This document shows positions 19,792 to 29,029 of a DNA stretch of 64,000 bases, one piece after another (the stretch's first letter is position 1; each line of letters begins with the position of its first letter). The DNA comes from Pseudomonadota bacterium. Its GTDB lineage: Bacteria > Pseudomonadota > Alphaproteobacteria > SHVZ01. The notes beneath the pieces are model-generated. The model saw only the letters and a list, made by a program, of their open reading frames with translations, ran no database searches and was not told where the DNA came from. Made by a program: the position numbers and the translations under genes. The stretch spans positions 63,093 through 127,092 of the forward strand of contig JACQAG010000071.1 of the NCBI GenBank assembly GCA_016195085.1. The letters run 5' to 3'.

Positions 19792-21003
19792 TCAGGCGAG
19801 ATCGGTGCGCCGGACGATCGCGTCTTTCCGCTTGGCCACGTCGGGCTGCAGCCTGGTGCCGAGACCGGCGCCCGACATGGGATGGACGTAGCCCTCCTTG
19901 ACCAGGGGAAGCTCGGTCAGCAGCTCGCGATACCAGCTCGTGAGATAGGCGCGCACCACCTCCTGCATGAGGGCGTTGGGCGCGTTCAAGGAGAGATGCA
20001 CCGAGGCCACCAGCACCACCGGGCCGGTGCAATCATGGGGTGCTACCGGGCGCTGATAGGTCTCGGCCAAGGTCGCGATCTTCTTCGCCTCGCTGATGCC
20101 GCCGCACCAGGACAGATCCAGCATGACGATGTCGGTCGCCTGCGCCTCCAAGAGGTCGCGGAAGGCAGAGCGGGTGGCCATGGTCTCGCTGGCGCAGACG
20201 GGAACGCGGGTGCCGCGGCGGAATTCGGCGATGGCGGCGACGTTGTCCATCTTGATCGGATCCTCCGCCCAGAACGGCTGGAACGGCTCGAGGGCCCGGG
20301 CGATGCGGAGTGCCGCCGGCAGGTTCCACATCGAGTGCATTTCGCACATGACGTCGATCCTGTTGCCGACGGCCTTGCGGATCTTGGCGAAGGGCTCGAG
20401 GCCCTGATCGAGCTCCGGTCCGGAGATGTAGGTGCCGCCGGATCGTTCCGCATAGGGATCGAAGGGCCAGATCTTCATCGCCGTGAAGCCCTCCTCGATG
20501 AGGCTGAGCGCCAGCTCGTCGGCGCGGTGCACGAAGGCCTGCTGGTCCTCATACGGCCCTTCGGCGGCGGCATCCTCCTTGCTCCAGGCGGCGATCTCGC
20601 GGCGCTGCGCCGAGCGGGCGTTGTAGGTGTAGCCGGCGCAGGTGTTGTAGACGCGCAAGCGGTCGCGCGAGAGGCCGCCCAGAAGCTGGTGGATCGGCAG
20701 CGAGACCGATTGGCCGAAGAGATCCCAGAGCGCGATGTCGACCGCCGAAGCGCCACGGGTCTCGACCGAGCTGGAGGCGAAGCCGAGATAGCCTTGCAGC
20801 AGGTGGCGCGAATGCGCCTCGATGCGCAGCGCATCCTTGCCGAGGAGGTAGGGGGCGACCTGCGCATGCAGGTAGGCCGCCACCGCGTCGGCGCCGCGGA
20901 AGGTCTCGCCGAGGCCGACGAGGCCCTGATCGGTGTGGAGCTGCACCCATAGGATGTTGGGGAACGAGCGGAGCTGGATGGTCTCGAGCGCGGTGATCTT
21001 CAT
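19792..21003 (-). CDS. Enolase-superfamily protein (mandelate racemase/muconate lactonizing family; ManD/DgoD-like sugar-acid dehydratase)
   Basis: MKITALETIQL...GLVGLGETF N-terminal capping domain; barrel-domain metal ligands (DVMCEMHSMW, FWAEDP, CASETM); 403 aa. Confidence 0.8.
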   Translation of the reverse strand: MKITALETIQLRSFPNILWVQLHTDQGLVGLGETFRGADAVAAYLHAQVAPYLLGKDALRIEAHSRHLLQGYLGFASSSVETRGASAVDIALWDLFGQSVSLPIHQLLGGLSRDRLRVYNTCAGYTYNARSAQRREIAAWSKEDAAAEGPYEDQQAFVHRADELALSLIEEGFTAMKIWPFDPYAERSGGTYISGPELDQGLEPFAKIRKAVGNRIDVMCEMHSMWNLPAALRIARALEPFQPFWAEDPIKMDNVAAIAEFRRGTRVPVCASETMATRSAFRDLLEAQATDIVMLDLSWCGGISEAKKIATLAETYQRPVAPHDCTGPVVLVASVHLSLNAPNALMQEVVRAYLTSWYRELLTELPLVKEGYVHPMSGAGLGTRLQPDVAKRKDAIVRRTDLA

Positions 21004-21036
21004 GCCCGGAGCCTAGCAGGCGGCTGCAACTACCGG

Positions 21037-21522
21037 CTAGTGTCGCTCCGCTAACCGCGCCAGCGCGTCGCCTTCGATCCAGCGGCAATTGACCTCGGTC
21101 CGGACGGCATCGATGCGATCATAGAAAGCCATCGCATCCGTGTTGGCTAGGCGCACATGCCACATGATGTGGGAAAAGCCGCGCTTGTGGCACTCGCGCG
21201 CCAGGCGCTGGAGCAACAGGCGGCCCACGCCGGCCCGGCGCCAGTCCGGCTCGACATAGAGATCGTCGAGGTAGAAACCGGGCTTCGCATCCTCCACGCT
21301 GAACACCGGCATGTAGATGGCGTAGCCCTGGAGCGTGCCGGCGCAGGTGGCGACCAAGGTCGAGAAACGGGCGCGGGCGCCGAAGCCGAAGCGGCGGAAG
21401 CCGTCGGCGGTCATGCGTGTGCCGACCTTACCTTCGAAGCGGGCGAGCCCCAAAACCAGCTCCGCGACGCGCTCGCCATCCGCCGGACGAGCGCGGCGGA
21501 TGACGATCTCCGCCCGGCTCAT
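21037..21522 (-). CDS. GNAT family N-acetyltransferase
   Basis: Acetyl-CoA binding motif RRAGVGRLLLQRLARE; 161 aa. Confidence 0.75.
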   Translation of the reverse strand: MSRAEIVIRRARPADGERVAELVLGLARFEGKVGTRMTADGFRRFGFGARARFSTLVATCAGTLQGYAIYMPVFSVEDAKPGFYLDDLYVEPDWRRAGVGRLLLQRLARECHKRGFSHIMWHVRLANTDAMAFYDRIDAVRTEVNCRWIEGDALARLAERH

Positions 21523-22379
21523 TCGCCGGCGGCGCGGAAGGCGGGGTTCACCAGCTCCGCCGGGGCGAAGGGGCGATCATGGGTCAAGGACGGAACCTTG
21601 CGCCTGGCTTCGGCCACGTGCGCCGGGTCGATGTCGACGACGGTGACGCCCGTCTCGGTCCCCGCATCGGCCAGGATGTCGCCCCACGGCCCCACCACCA
21701 GGGAATGGCCGAAGGTCTCGCGGCCCTCAGCATGCACCCCGGTCTGCGCCGGTGCCACCACGAAGCATCCGGTCTCGATCGCGCGTGCGCGCAAGAGCAC
21801 GTGCCAATGCGCCTCGCCGGTCACCCGCGTGAACGCCGACGGCACCGTCAAGAACTCGGCACCGGCCTGAGCCAAGGCCCGATAGAGCTGCGGAAAGCGC
21901 AGATCGTAGCAGACGGTGAGGCCGAGGCGTCCCCAGGGCAGCTCTGCCATGACCGCACGCTCGCCGGCCTGATAGGCGGCGGATTCGCGGTAGCGCTGGC
22001 CGTCGCCGAGATCGACGTCGAACATGTGAATCTTGTCGTAGCGGGCGACGATGTGGCCGGCCGGGTCGAGGAGGAAGCTGCGGTTGGCCATGCGCTCTTC
22101 GGCGAGCTTGATCTGCAGCGAGCCCACCAGCACCCATAGCCCGAGCTCGGCCGCAGCCGCGCGGAAGGCGGCGAGCGCGCTCGAGGCTTCTTCGGTCGTG
22201 ACCTTGGCGCGGGCCTGATCGCGCTTCGGCTCGATCATCTGCACGACCTCGGGCATGGTGACGAAGTGGGCACCCTTGGCCTTGGCATCGCGCATCATCG
22301 CCAGCACGGCCTTGACGTTGGGCTCGATGTCGCGGCCGGAGTTGGTCTGCAGCAGCGCCAGCTTGAAGCGGCGATCCAT
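21519..22379 (-). CDS. Carbon-nitrogen hydrolase family protein (nitrilase/amidase-like)
   Basis: CN-hydrolase catalytic Glu/Lys/Cys context (MPEVV...KIHMFDVDL...TVCYDLRFP); overlaps the GNAT start by 4 bp. Confidence 0.8.
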   Translation of the reverse strand: MDRRFKLALLQTNSGRDIEPNVKAVLAMMRDAKAKGAHFVTMPEVVQMIEPKRDQARAKVTTEEASSALAAFRAAAAELGLWVLVGSLQIKLAEERMANRSFLLDPAGHIVARYDKIHMFDVDLGDGQRYRESAAYQAGERAVMAELPWGRLGLTVCYDLRFPQLYRALAQAGAEFLTVPSAFTRVTGEAHWHVLLRARAIETGCFVVAPAQTGVHAEGRETFGHSLVVGPWGDILADAGTETGVTVVDIDPAHVAEARRKVPSLTHDRPFAPAELVNPAFRAAGE

Positions 22380-22382
22380 TGC

Positions 22383-22640
22383 TTATGCTCCCAGCATCGG
22401 GTCGAGCTTGCCGGCGCTGTCGAGGGCGTGAATGTCGTCCGAGCCGCCGACATGCACGCCGTCGATGAAGATCTGCGGCACCGTGTTGCGGCCGCCGGCA
22501 CGCTCCCGCATCGCCTTGCGCAAGCCGGGATCCATATCGACGTCGTACTCCAGGAAAGACACGCCCTTCTCGCGCAAGAGCGCCTTCGCCCGCGCGCAAT
22601 AGCCGCAGAAGGAGCTGGCATAGATCTCGACCTTGGCCAT
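22383..22640 (-). CDS. grxC: Glutaredoxin 3
   Basis: CGYC active site; TVPQIFIDGVHVGG motif; 85 aa. Confidence 0.85.
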   Translation of the reverse strand: MAKVEIYASSFCGYCARAKALLREKGVSFLEYDVDMDPGLRKAMRERAGGRNTVPQIFIDGVHVGGSDDIHALDSAGKLDPMLGA

Positions 22641-22712
22641 GGCGACTCCGCTTCAATCCTAACGATGGTCAGTGGCGATCATTGCGTCCACCGATTGCAT
22701 TCGTGCCCATGC

Positions 22713-23078
22713 TCATGCCTTGCCCGGCTGCTCGCCGCCCTCCGGGCCATAGAATATGACCCAGAGCACCAAGTCATGGGTGAAATCCTCGAACCGGTGC
22801 GCCATGCCCGCGGGCACGAATAGGATATCGCCGGGCTCGACCAGATCAACCGCCTCGCCGTGGACGAAGCGGGAATTGCCGCTGACGACGACATAGACCT
22901 CGTCGCGGGTGTGCGGCTGCTGCGGATCCTGCTGCTTCGGCGCATAGAGCTTCAGCTCCAGGGTGCCGTGGCGGAACGCGGTCGCCGAACGAATGCCGGC
23001 GGCAAGCTCGATCCGCGCCAGCACCTCCTCGACGCCGACGCGAAACCCATGACCCGTGGCGACCCTGGTATTCGACAT
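22713..23078 (-). CDS. Cupin-domain protein
   Basis: Cupin motifs (HTRDEVYVVVSG...PAGMAHRF); GGAGAG SD before the ATG. Confidence 0.6.
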   Translation of the reverse strand: MSNTRVATGHGFRVGVEEVLARIELAAGIRSATAFRHGTLELKLYAPKQQDPQQPHTRDEVYVVVSGNSRFVHGEAVDLVEPGDILFVPAGMAHRFEDFTHDLVLWVIFYGPEGGEQPGKA

Positions 23079-23094
23079 TGATTGGGCTCTCCGC

Positions 23095-23850
23095 TCAGCT
23101 CCCGTAGACGACGCGCGCGACCGTCAGCACGTCCACTGCTGCCGCTCCCGCCCCTTTCAGGGCTTGGGCGCAGGCGGCAACCGTGGCGCCCGTGGTCAGC
23201 ACGTCGTCGACGAGCAGGACCCGCTTGCCGGCCAGGACGCTCATCTGTCCAGGGCGGATGGCGAAGGCATGGGCGACGTTGCGCGCCCGCTCCCGGCGGT
23301 TGAGCTCGGTCTGCGGCGGGGTTCGCTTGCGGCGGCGCAAGAGATCGGGAAGAACGCGGATGCCGGTCTCCTGCCCGAGCGCGTTCGCCAACAGCGAAGC
23401 TTGGTTGTAGCGCCTGGAGAACAGCCGGAGCCAATGCAGCGGCACCGGCGCGATCAGATCCGCCTCGCCCAGGAGCTCGCGCCCGGCGCGCGCCATCCAC
23501 CGGCCGAAGGCCGGGGCGGCATGGGTCTGGTCGTGGAACTTGAAGCCGGTGATGAGCGGCCGCGTCGCCTCGTCGTAGCGGAACACCGCGCGGGCTCGCC
23601 GCCAGGGCGGCGGGTCGGCGAGGCAAGCCCCGCACCAGGCGCCGTCATCTGCCGGCAGCTCGAAAGGCCGCCCGCAGCAGTGGCAGAGCGGCTTGGCGAT
23701 GAAGGTCACTTTCGTCCAGCAGACCCCGCAAAGCGATCCGGGCTCATCCACGGTCTCCCCGCAGCGGAGGCAGCGCGGCGGCAGCACGGCATCCAAGGCG
23801 GCGCGGAGCGCGCGATGGGCCACGGCGCCGAGTTGGATGCCCCCGTTCAT
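23095..23850 (-). CDS. ComF-family protein (double zinc ribbon plus phosphoribosyltransferase domain)
   Basis: CLRCGETV...CGVCW and CHCCGRPFE...CGACL zinc-ribbon motifs; C-terminal PRTase motif VLLVDDVLTTGATV. Confidence 0.75.
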   Translation of the reverse strand: MNGGIQLGAVAHRALRAALDAVLPPRCLRCGETVDEPGSLCGVCWTKVTFIAKPLCHCCGRPFELPADDGAWCGACLADPPPWRRARAVFRYDEATRPLITGFKFHDQTHAAPAFGRWMARAGRELLGEADLIAPVPLHWLRLFSRRYNQASLLANALGQETGIRVLPDLLRRRKRTPPQTELNRRERARNVAHAFAIRPGQMSVLAGKRVLLVDDVLTTGATVAACAQALKGAGAAAVDVLTVARVVYGS

Positions 23851-23917
23851 GGCTGCCCATGGTCGGGGCCGCGGGTCATGCTGTCAATCGCCACGCCCGC
23901 ATGCAATATGAGCGGGC

Positions 23918-24853
23918 ATGACGACGCTGAGAGCCCCTGGCGAACCCGCCTCCGGCGCCTTGGTCTTCGATCGCAAGGCGGTCCGGCGGCACCGCGAGCG
24001 GGCCGCTTCTGGGCTGGAGCGTCACGACTTCCTCTTGAGCGAGATTGCCGAGCGCTTGGCGGACCGGCTCAGCGACATCAACCGCCGCTTTCCCATTGCC
24101 GTCGACCTCGGCTGCCATACCGGAACCCTCGGCCGCATCCTCGCCGGCCGCGGCGGCGTCGAGCGGCTGATTGAGGTCGACCTCGCCTTCGCCATGGCGC
24201 GGCGCGCGGGGTCGCTTGCCGTCGTCGGCGATGAGGAGGCGCTGCCCTTCGCCTCCGGCAGCCTCGATGCGGTGTTCTCGGTCTTGAGCCTGCACTGGGT
24301 CAACGATCTGCCGGGTGCCCTCATCCAGGTCCGCCGCGCGCTCAAGCCCGACGGGCTGTTCTTGGCCGCACTGCTGGGCGGCGAGACCTTGACCGAACTC
24401 CGCCACTGCCTCATCGAGGCCGAGCTTGCCGAGGAACAGGGCGCGAGCCCGCGGGTATCGCCCTTCGCCGATCTCCGGGACGGGGCGGGATTGCTGCAGC
24501 GCGCCGGCTTCGCGCTCCCGGTCGGCGATGGCGACCGCTTGACCGTGACCTATGCCGATGCGCTCACGCTGATGCGCGAGCTCCGCGGCATGGGCGAGAG
24601 CAACGCCACAAGCGAGCGGCGGCGCCATTGCTCCCGGCGCCGGACCATGCTGGCCGCGGCGGCGGCCTATCAGCAGCGCTTCGCTCTCGCCGATGGGCGC
24701 ATTCCCGCTACCTTCGAGGTGATCTATCTGACGGGCTGGGCGCCGGCGGCGAACCAGCAGCAGCCGCTCCAGCCCGGCAGCGCCGAGGTCAGGCTGGCGA
24801 CGGCGCTCGGCACCACCGAAGCCTCGGCCGGCGATAAGGCGAAGCCCAGATAG
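23918..24853 (+). CDS. Class I SAM-dependent methyltransferase
   Basis: Motif I VDLGCHTG; methyltransferase type-11-like region; part of the conserved grxC-comF-methyltransferase neighbourhood. Confidence 0.7.
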   Translation: MTTLRAPGEPASGALVFDRKAVRRHRERAASGLERHDFLLSEIAERLADRLSDINRRFPIAVDLGCHTGTLGRILAGRGGVERLIEVDLAFAMARRAGSLAVVGDEEALPFASGSLDAVFSVLSLHWVNDLPGALIQVRRALKPDGLFLAALLGGETLTELRHCLIEAELAEEQGASPRVSPFADLRDGAGLLQRAGFALPVGDGDRLTVTYADALTLMRELRGMGESNATSERRRHCSRRRTMLAAAAAYQQRFALADGRIPATFEVIYLTGWAPAANQQQPLQPGSAEVRLATALGTTEASAGDKAKPR

Positions 24854-24876
24854 GCTGTTCGAGGCTCTAAAACCGG

Positions 24877-26085
24877 TCAGGCATCGAGGATCTCCGGCAA
24901 GGCCCGGGCCTGGCTGCTTCCGGGAAAGACCACCCGGTCGAGGGCGTCGTCCGGCAACCCTAGATGCGCGCCCAAGATGCCCTTGAGCAGGCTGCGGAGG
25001 TCGGTCGTCGGCATGAGGTCGCGGGCTTCATAGAGCGCGTTCTCAGCCAGGCCCGGCCAACGGCCGAGTATGCGGCCGCCCGCCACCTTGCCGCCGAGGA
25101 TGAAGGCGACGCCGGCGGTGCCGTGATCGGTGCCGCCGGTGCCGTTCGCGGCAACCGTGCGTCCGAACTCGCTGGCCGCCACCACGATGGTCTCGCTCCA
25201 GACCGGGCCCAGCCCGTCCGCCAGCGCCGCCAGCCCTTCGGCCAACGCCGTGAGCGGCTGCATCAGCCTGCCGTTTTGCTGCGCATGGGTGTCCCAGCCG
25301 GTGATCTCCAGGACCGCGATGCGCGGACCCTCGGCGGCGGCTAGCAGCTTGGCGCCGGCCGTAGCCGCGATGCGGAAGGCTTGCGGACCGCGCATATTGC
25401 CGCCCATCTCCCGGCTGTCGCCGATGAGCTCTGCGCTCATGGCGTGCGCGCCGAGCCCCTCCTCTAAGGCCGGCCCCAGGAGCGCGTCGCGCCGATAGAG
25501 GGCCGCCACCTTGGCGAGGAAGTCGGGCGAGGCGTCGGGAAGCTGCGCCGGCGCCCAGGAGGCAACCGGAGCGGACCCGCGCAGCACCAACGGCACGGCG
25601 TGGCCGAGAGCAAGCCCGAGGCGCTGCTTGCGGGAACCCAAGAGACCGATCGCCCGGTTGAGCCAGCCCTCGGGCTTGGCCCGGGGATCGTCGGTGCCGT
25701 TCTCCAGGAGGTCCTGGCCGTCGAAATGCGAGCGCTGCCGGTAGGGCGTGGCGACGGCGTGCAGCACCGCGAACTGCCGGGCCTGCCAGAATCGTTCCAA
25801 GGGCGCCAAGGCCGGGTGCAGTCCGAAGCGACCGTCGAGGCCGATCATGCCGTTTTCTTGGCCGGGCTCGGGCAACGCCAAGGCGCCCCTCAGGCTCCGA
25901 TACTCGCTCTCGGCATAGGGCGGCACCGCGGCCAATCCATCGAGGCCGCCCCGGAGAACGACGAAGACCAGCCGCTTGTCGGTGTTGGCGGATGCCAGCG
26001 CCAGAGACGGCAGGCCGAGGGGTGCGGCTGCGGCCAGGGCCGAGAGGCCGAGGAGCGTGTGGCGTCTGGTCAGCATGGCTCTCAT
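24877..26085 (-). CDS. DUF1501 domain protein (Tat-signal, sulfatase-fold-like)
   Basis: N-terminal MLTRRHTLLGLSALAAAAP Tat-like signal; DUF1501-typical GGWDTH-like GWDTHAQQ motif. Confidence 0.8.
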   Translation of the reverse strand: MRAMLTRRHTLLGLSALAAAAPLGLPSLALASANTDKRLVFVVLRGGLDGLAAVPPYAESEYRSLRGALALPEPGQENGMIGLDGRFGLHPALAPLERFWQARQFAVLHAVATPYRQRSHFDGQDLLENGTDDPRAKPEGWLNRAIGLLGSRKQRLGLALGHAVPLVLRGSAPVASWAPAQLPDASPDFLAKVAALYRRDALLGPALEEGLGAHAMSAELIGDSREMGGNMRGPQAFRIAATAGAKLLAAAEGPRIAVLEITGWDTHAQQNGRLMQPLTALAEGLAALADGLGPVWSETIVVAASEFGRTVAANGTGGTDHGTAGVAFILGGKVAGGRILGRWPGLAENALYEARDLMPTTDLRSLLKGILGAHLGLPDDALDRVVFPGSSQARALPEILDA

Positions 26086-27461
26086 CTCCTCTGGAACTCG
26101 GGTGCCGCCAAGAGGAGGGCCAACCCTTCCGCGCGGCTGCCGGCCCGCTCGATCGCTTGGCGGGTATCGGCCGCCAGCAGCGGCCCGAGGCTCGCCTCGG
26201 CCAAATCCATCGGCTCGTCAGCGAGCCTGGTGCGCTCGGCCAAGGCAAGGGCGAACTCGACCCGGCGCATCACCGACTCGGGCCCCACCCAGGAGCGCGC
26301 ATCATCGGGCCATCCGGCGGGCGAGGGTGCGGCCAAGGGCGGCTGGCCCAGCGCCGCCAGCGTCTTCACCAGCTTGTCGCCGCCGGCGCCCGCGGACCCG
26401 GTCAGGCGCAAGGCGGAGAGAAAATAGTCGTTCGGCGATTTGATCTTGCCGTTCGCCATCGTCCACGCTTCGCTGGAGCGGACGAGCGTCAGCGCGAGCG
26501 CGCCCAAATCCCCCTCGCTCTCCGTGAACACCCGGACGAGACGCTGGACCGCCGCTTCCGGCGGATCGTCGGCGATGAAATGGCGGGCGAGCTTGGTTGC
26601 GATGTGGCGGGCGGTCGCCGGATGGCGCGCCAGCATGCGGAGCGCGGCTTCGCCTTCCGCGGCACCCGACTCCTCGAAGCGCCGGCCGAGCAGCATCTTC
26701 TCGCCCGGCTCATGCAACTGCGGCACGAACATGTAGTGGCCGACCCAGCGGGTCCGCAAATTGCCGACGGTCCAGCCGGTAAGGATGCGGGCAAAGCTCT
26801 TGACGTCGTCCTGGTCGTAGCCGCCGGTGACACCCAGCGTATGCAGCTCCAAAATCTCGCGGGCCAGATTCTCGTTGAGCCCGCGGCCGCGCCGCTGGCC
26901 CAGTGGGCTCGTCGGCCCGGTCGAGAGCGCATTGTCGAGATAGAGCAGCATGGCGGGATGGCGCGCCACCGCCAGCAGCATGTCCTGGAACTTGGCCGTC
27001 ACATGCGGGCGGATCGCCTCCTTCTCGAACGGAACGGCGATGCCGGCGACCACCGGGCGCACCGCCGAGACGGTGAAGTGGTTGCTCCAGAACTGGACCA
27101 GCCGCTCGCGAAACGGCTGATCCGTCTCGATCTGCGCCCTGGCACGGATGGCGGTGTCGGCGAGGAAGCCCTCACGGTATTGCTTGCGGAAGAGCCGGAC
27201 GACCTCGTCGATGCCCCGTCCCTGGGCCTGGAAGAAGAGCAGCAGCCGCTCGGGGCTCGGCGGCACCGCGTCATAGGCCGCCGGAGCGGCAGTCTCGGGC
27301 ATGAGCTGGCCTTCGAGCCAACCGAGCGGGTCCGGGGACACAAGGGCGAGCTCGCCGGGCCGGGCGCCGAGGCCGAACCGCGTCGTGGCGACGACCGCTT
27401 CGTGAGAAATCAAGGCGCTGCTCCGGCGGGCGATCTGCCCCGCATTCATGCCACTATACAC
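26082..27461 (-). CDS. DUF1800 domain protein
   Basis: DUF1800-like sequence (RFWSNHFTV, LHTLGV motifs); stop overlaps the DUF1501 start (ATGA), consistent with an operon. Confidence 0.8.
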   Translation of the reverse strand: MYSGMNAGQIARRSSALISHEAVVATTRFGLGARPGELALVSPDPLGWLEGQLMPETAAPAAYDAVPPSPERLLLFFQAQGRGIDEVVRLFRKQYREGFLADTAIRARAQIETDQPFRERLVQFWSNHFTVSAVRPVVAGIAVPFEKEAIRPHVTAKFQDMLLAVARHPAMLLYLDNALSTGPTSPLGQRRGRGLNENLAREILELHTLGVTGGYDQDDVKSFARILTGWTVGNLRTRWVGHYMFVPQLHEPGEKMLLGRRFEESGAAEGEAALRMLARHPATARHIATKLARHFIADDPPEAAVQRLVRVFTESEGDLGALALTLVRSSEAWTMANGKIKSPNDYFLSALRLTGSAGAGGDKLVKTLAALGQPPLAAPSPAGWPDDARSWVGPESVMRRVEFALALAERTRLADEPMDLAEASLGPLLAADTRQAIERAGSRAEGLALLLAAPEFQRR

Positions 27462-27512
27462 GCCCCTCCTTAAGCATTCCTGTGCGCCCGATCACTCCGC
27501 CAAGGAACCGGC

Positions 27513-28847
27513 TCAGCGCCTGCCGCCCAGACCCCAGCGCCTGGGGAAAAGCGGCCGCTTGCGGTGACCCGCCGGCCGCGCGCCGGTTTCGGTGAGGCGC
27601 GGCAAGGTCACGATCGCGACCGCGGCGCGGGCCAATGCCGAGAGCGCGAACATGGGGATGAGGTGGCTCCCCCAGGACCAGGTTTCGCCGAAAAGCGTCA
27701 GGCTCGTCGGCATGCGCTCGACCAGCCAGGCGGCGGCGAGGCCGCCCACGAACCAGAAGCTGGTGGCGAGCACCGTGTGGATCGCGGTGAAGAGCCCGCG
27801 CCGGCTCGGCGTCACCGTGTCGTAGAGAAAGGTCGAGGATGCCAGCGCATAGCCCGACCACGCCGCACCCGTCACCATCTGCGCGCCGATCAGGAGCCAG
27901 TAGTTGGTGGTGAAGATCCACACCACCGGCACCAGCGGAATCATCGCGCCGGAGACGACGATGACGATGCGGTTGCCGTAGCTGTCGCGCACACGGCCCC
28001 AGAGCGGCAGCAGCAAGGCTTGGGTGACCGCGCTGACGGCCGTGTTGCCCATGAACTCGATATAGGTGAAGTGCAGCTCGCGCAGCATGTAGACGTTGAA
28101 GAATGGCCCGGAGAACACCACGGCCGCATACATGAGGCCGATCGAGAGCGAGTAGCGCACGAAGTTGGAGCTGGTGATGCGGTGCCAGATCGATTGTGCG
28201 GGCGTCGTCGCCTGGGATTCCCGGGGCGGTCCGGGATCGGCCACCTGCATGAGCTGCCAGAACGAATAGAGCCGGCCGAGACCGCCGAGGAAGAACACCG
28301 TGGCGAAGCCCCAATAGGCCAGCTCGACGGCCTGGAAGGCCTCGAGGATGAACCCGGCGCCGGCGATGGCAAAAAAGGTGGCGACGTTGATCCAGGCGGT
28401 GCGTCGGCCGAACCAGCGGCCGCGGCGGCGTTCCGGCAGGAGATCGCCCACCAGGCTCGTCCACATCGGTGCCGCCAGATTGTTGCCGGCATGGTAGGCG
28501 AGCGCGCAGAGCGTCAGGATCGGGATCGCATGTGCCGGCCATAGGGGCGGCAGCGCGATCATCGGCACCAAGGCGATCGCCTGGATCGCCACACCGGCCA
28601 GGATCAGCGTCTTCCGGCGCGCGCCGAAGCCGGCGATCCAGGCGGAGACGAGCTGGACCAGCGAGCCCACCCAATTGGGGAAGGTGGAGAGGATGGCGAC
28701 CTGGCCGGCCGTCGCCTCAAGGAAGACGGCATAGGCGCCGAGATAGTTCTCGCAAGCCCCGACCAGGATGGCGTAGCCGATGCCGTCCTTCATGGTGTGC
28801 CGGAGCGAGCGGTCGGCTTCGGGATCGGGCGAGTAGCGCTTCGGCAT
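27513..28847 (-). CDS. MFS transporter
   Basis: 12 predicted TM segments; MFS signature GRRKTL between TM2 and TM3. Confidence 0.75.
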   Translation of the reverse strand: MPKRYSPDPEADRSLRHTMKDGIGYAILVGACENYLGAYAVFLEATAGQVAILSTFPNWVGSLVQLVSAWIAGFGARRKTLILAGVAIQAIALVPMIALPPLWPAHAIPILTLCALAYHAGNNLAAPMWTSLVGDLLPERRRGRWFGRRTAWINVATFFAIAGAGFILEAFQAVELAYWGFATVFFLGGLGRLYSFWQLMQVADPGPPRESQATTPAQSIWHRITSSNFVRYSLSIGLMYAAVVFSGPFFNVYMLRELHFTYIEFMGNTAVSAVTQALLLPLWGRVRDSYGNRIVIVVSGAMIPLVPVVWIFTTNYWLLIGAQMVTGAAWSGYALASSTFLYDTVTPSRRGLFTAIHTVLATSFWFVGGLAAAWLVERMPTSLTLFGETWSWGSHLIPMFALSALARAAVAIVTLPRLTETGARPAGHRKRPLFPRRWGLGGRR

Positions 28848-28896
28848 TTCAGCGGGCTGGGAGCGCTTGCGTATCGACGTTTGAACCTAGCAGCAA

Positions 28897-28998
28897 GCCC
28901 CCACCCCGACCCTCCCCCACATGCGTGGGGGAGGGAGCGAAGACGTATCCTCACTCCCTCCCTCGCCGTCCTCGGCGGGGGAGGGTAGGGGTGGGGGC
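28897..28998. repeat. Nested-palindromic GC-rich REP element, family A copy 1
   Basis: Outer arms GCCCCCACCCCGACCCTCCCCC / GGGGGAGGGTAGGGGTGGGGGC, inner arms GGGAGGGAG / CTCCCTCCC. Further copies at 46266..46371 and 56613..56722. Confidence 0.8.
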
Positions 28999-29029
28999 AT
29001 TCCGGTTGCTAGAGCCGGACAATGCGACC

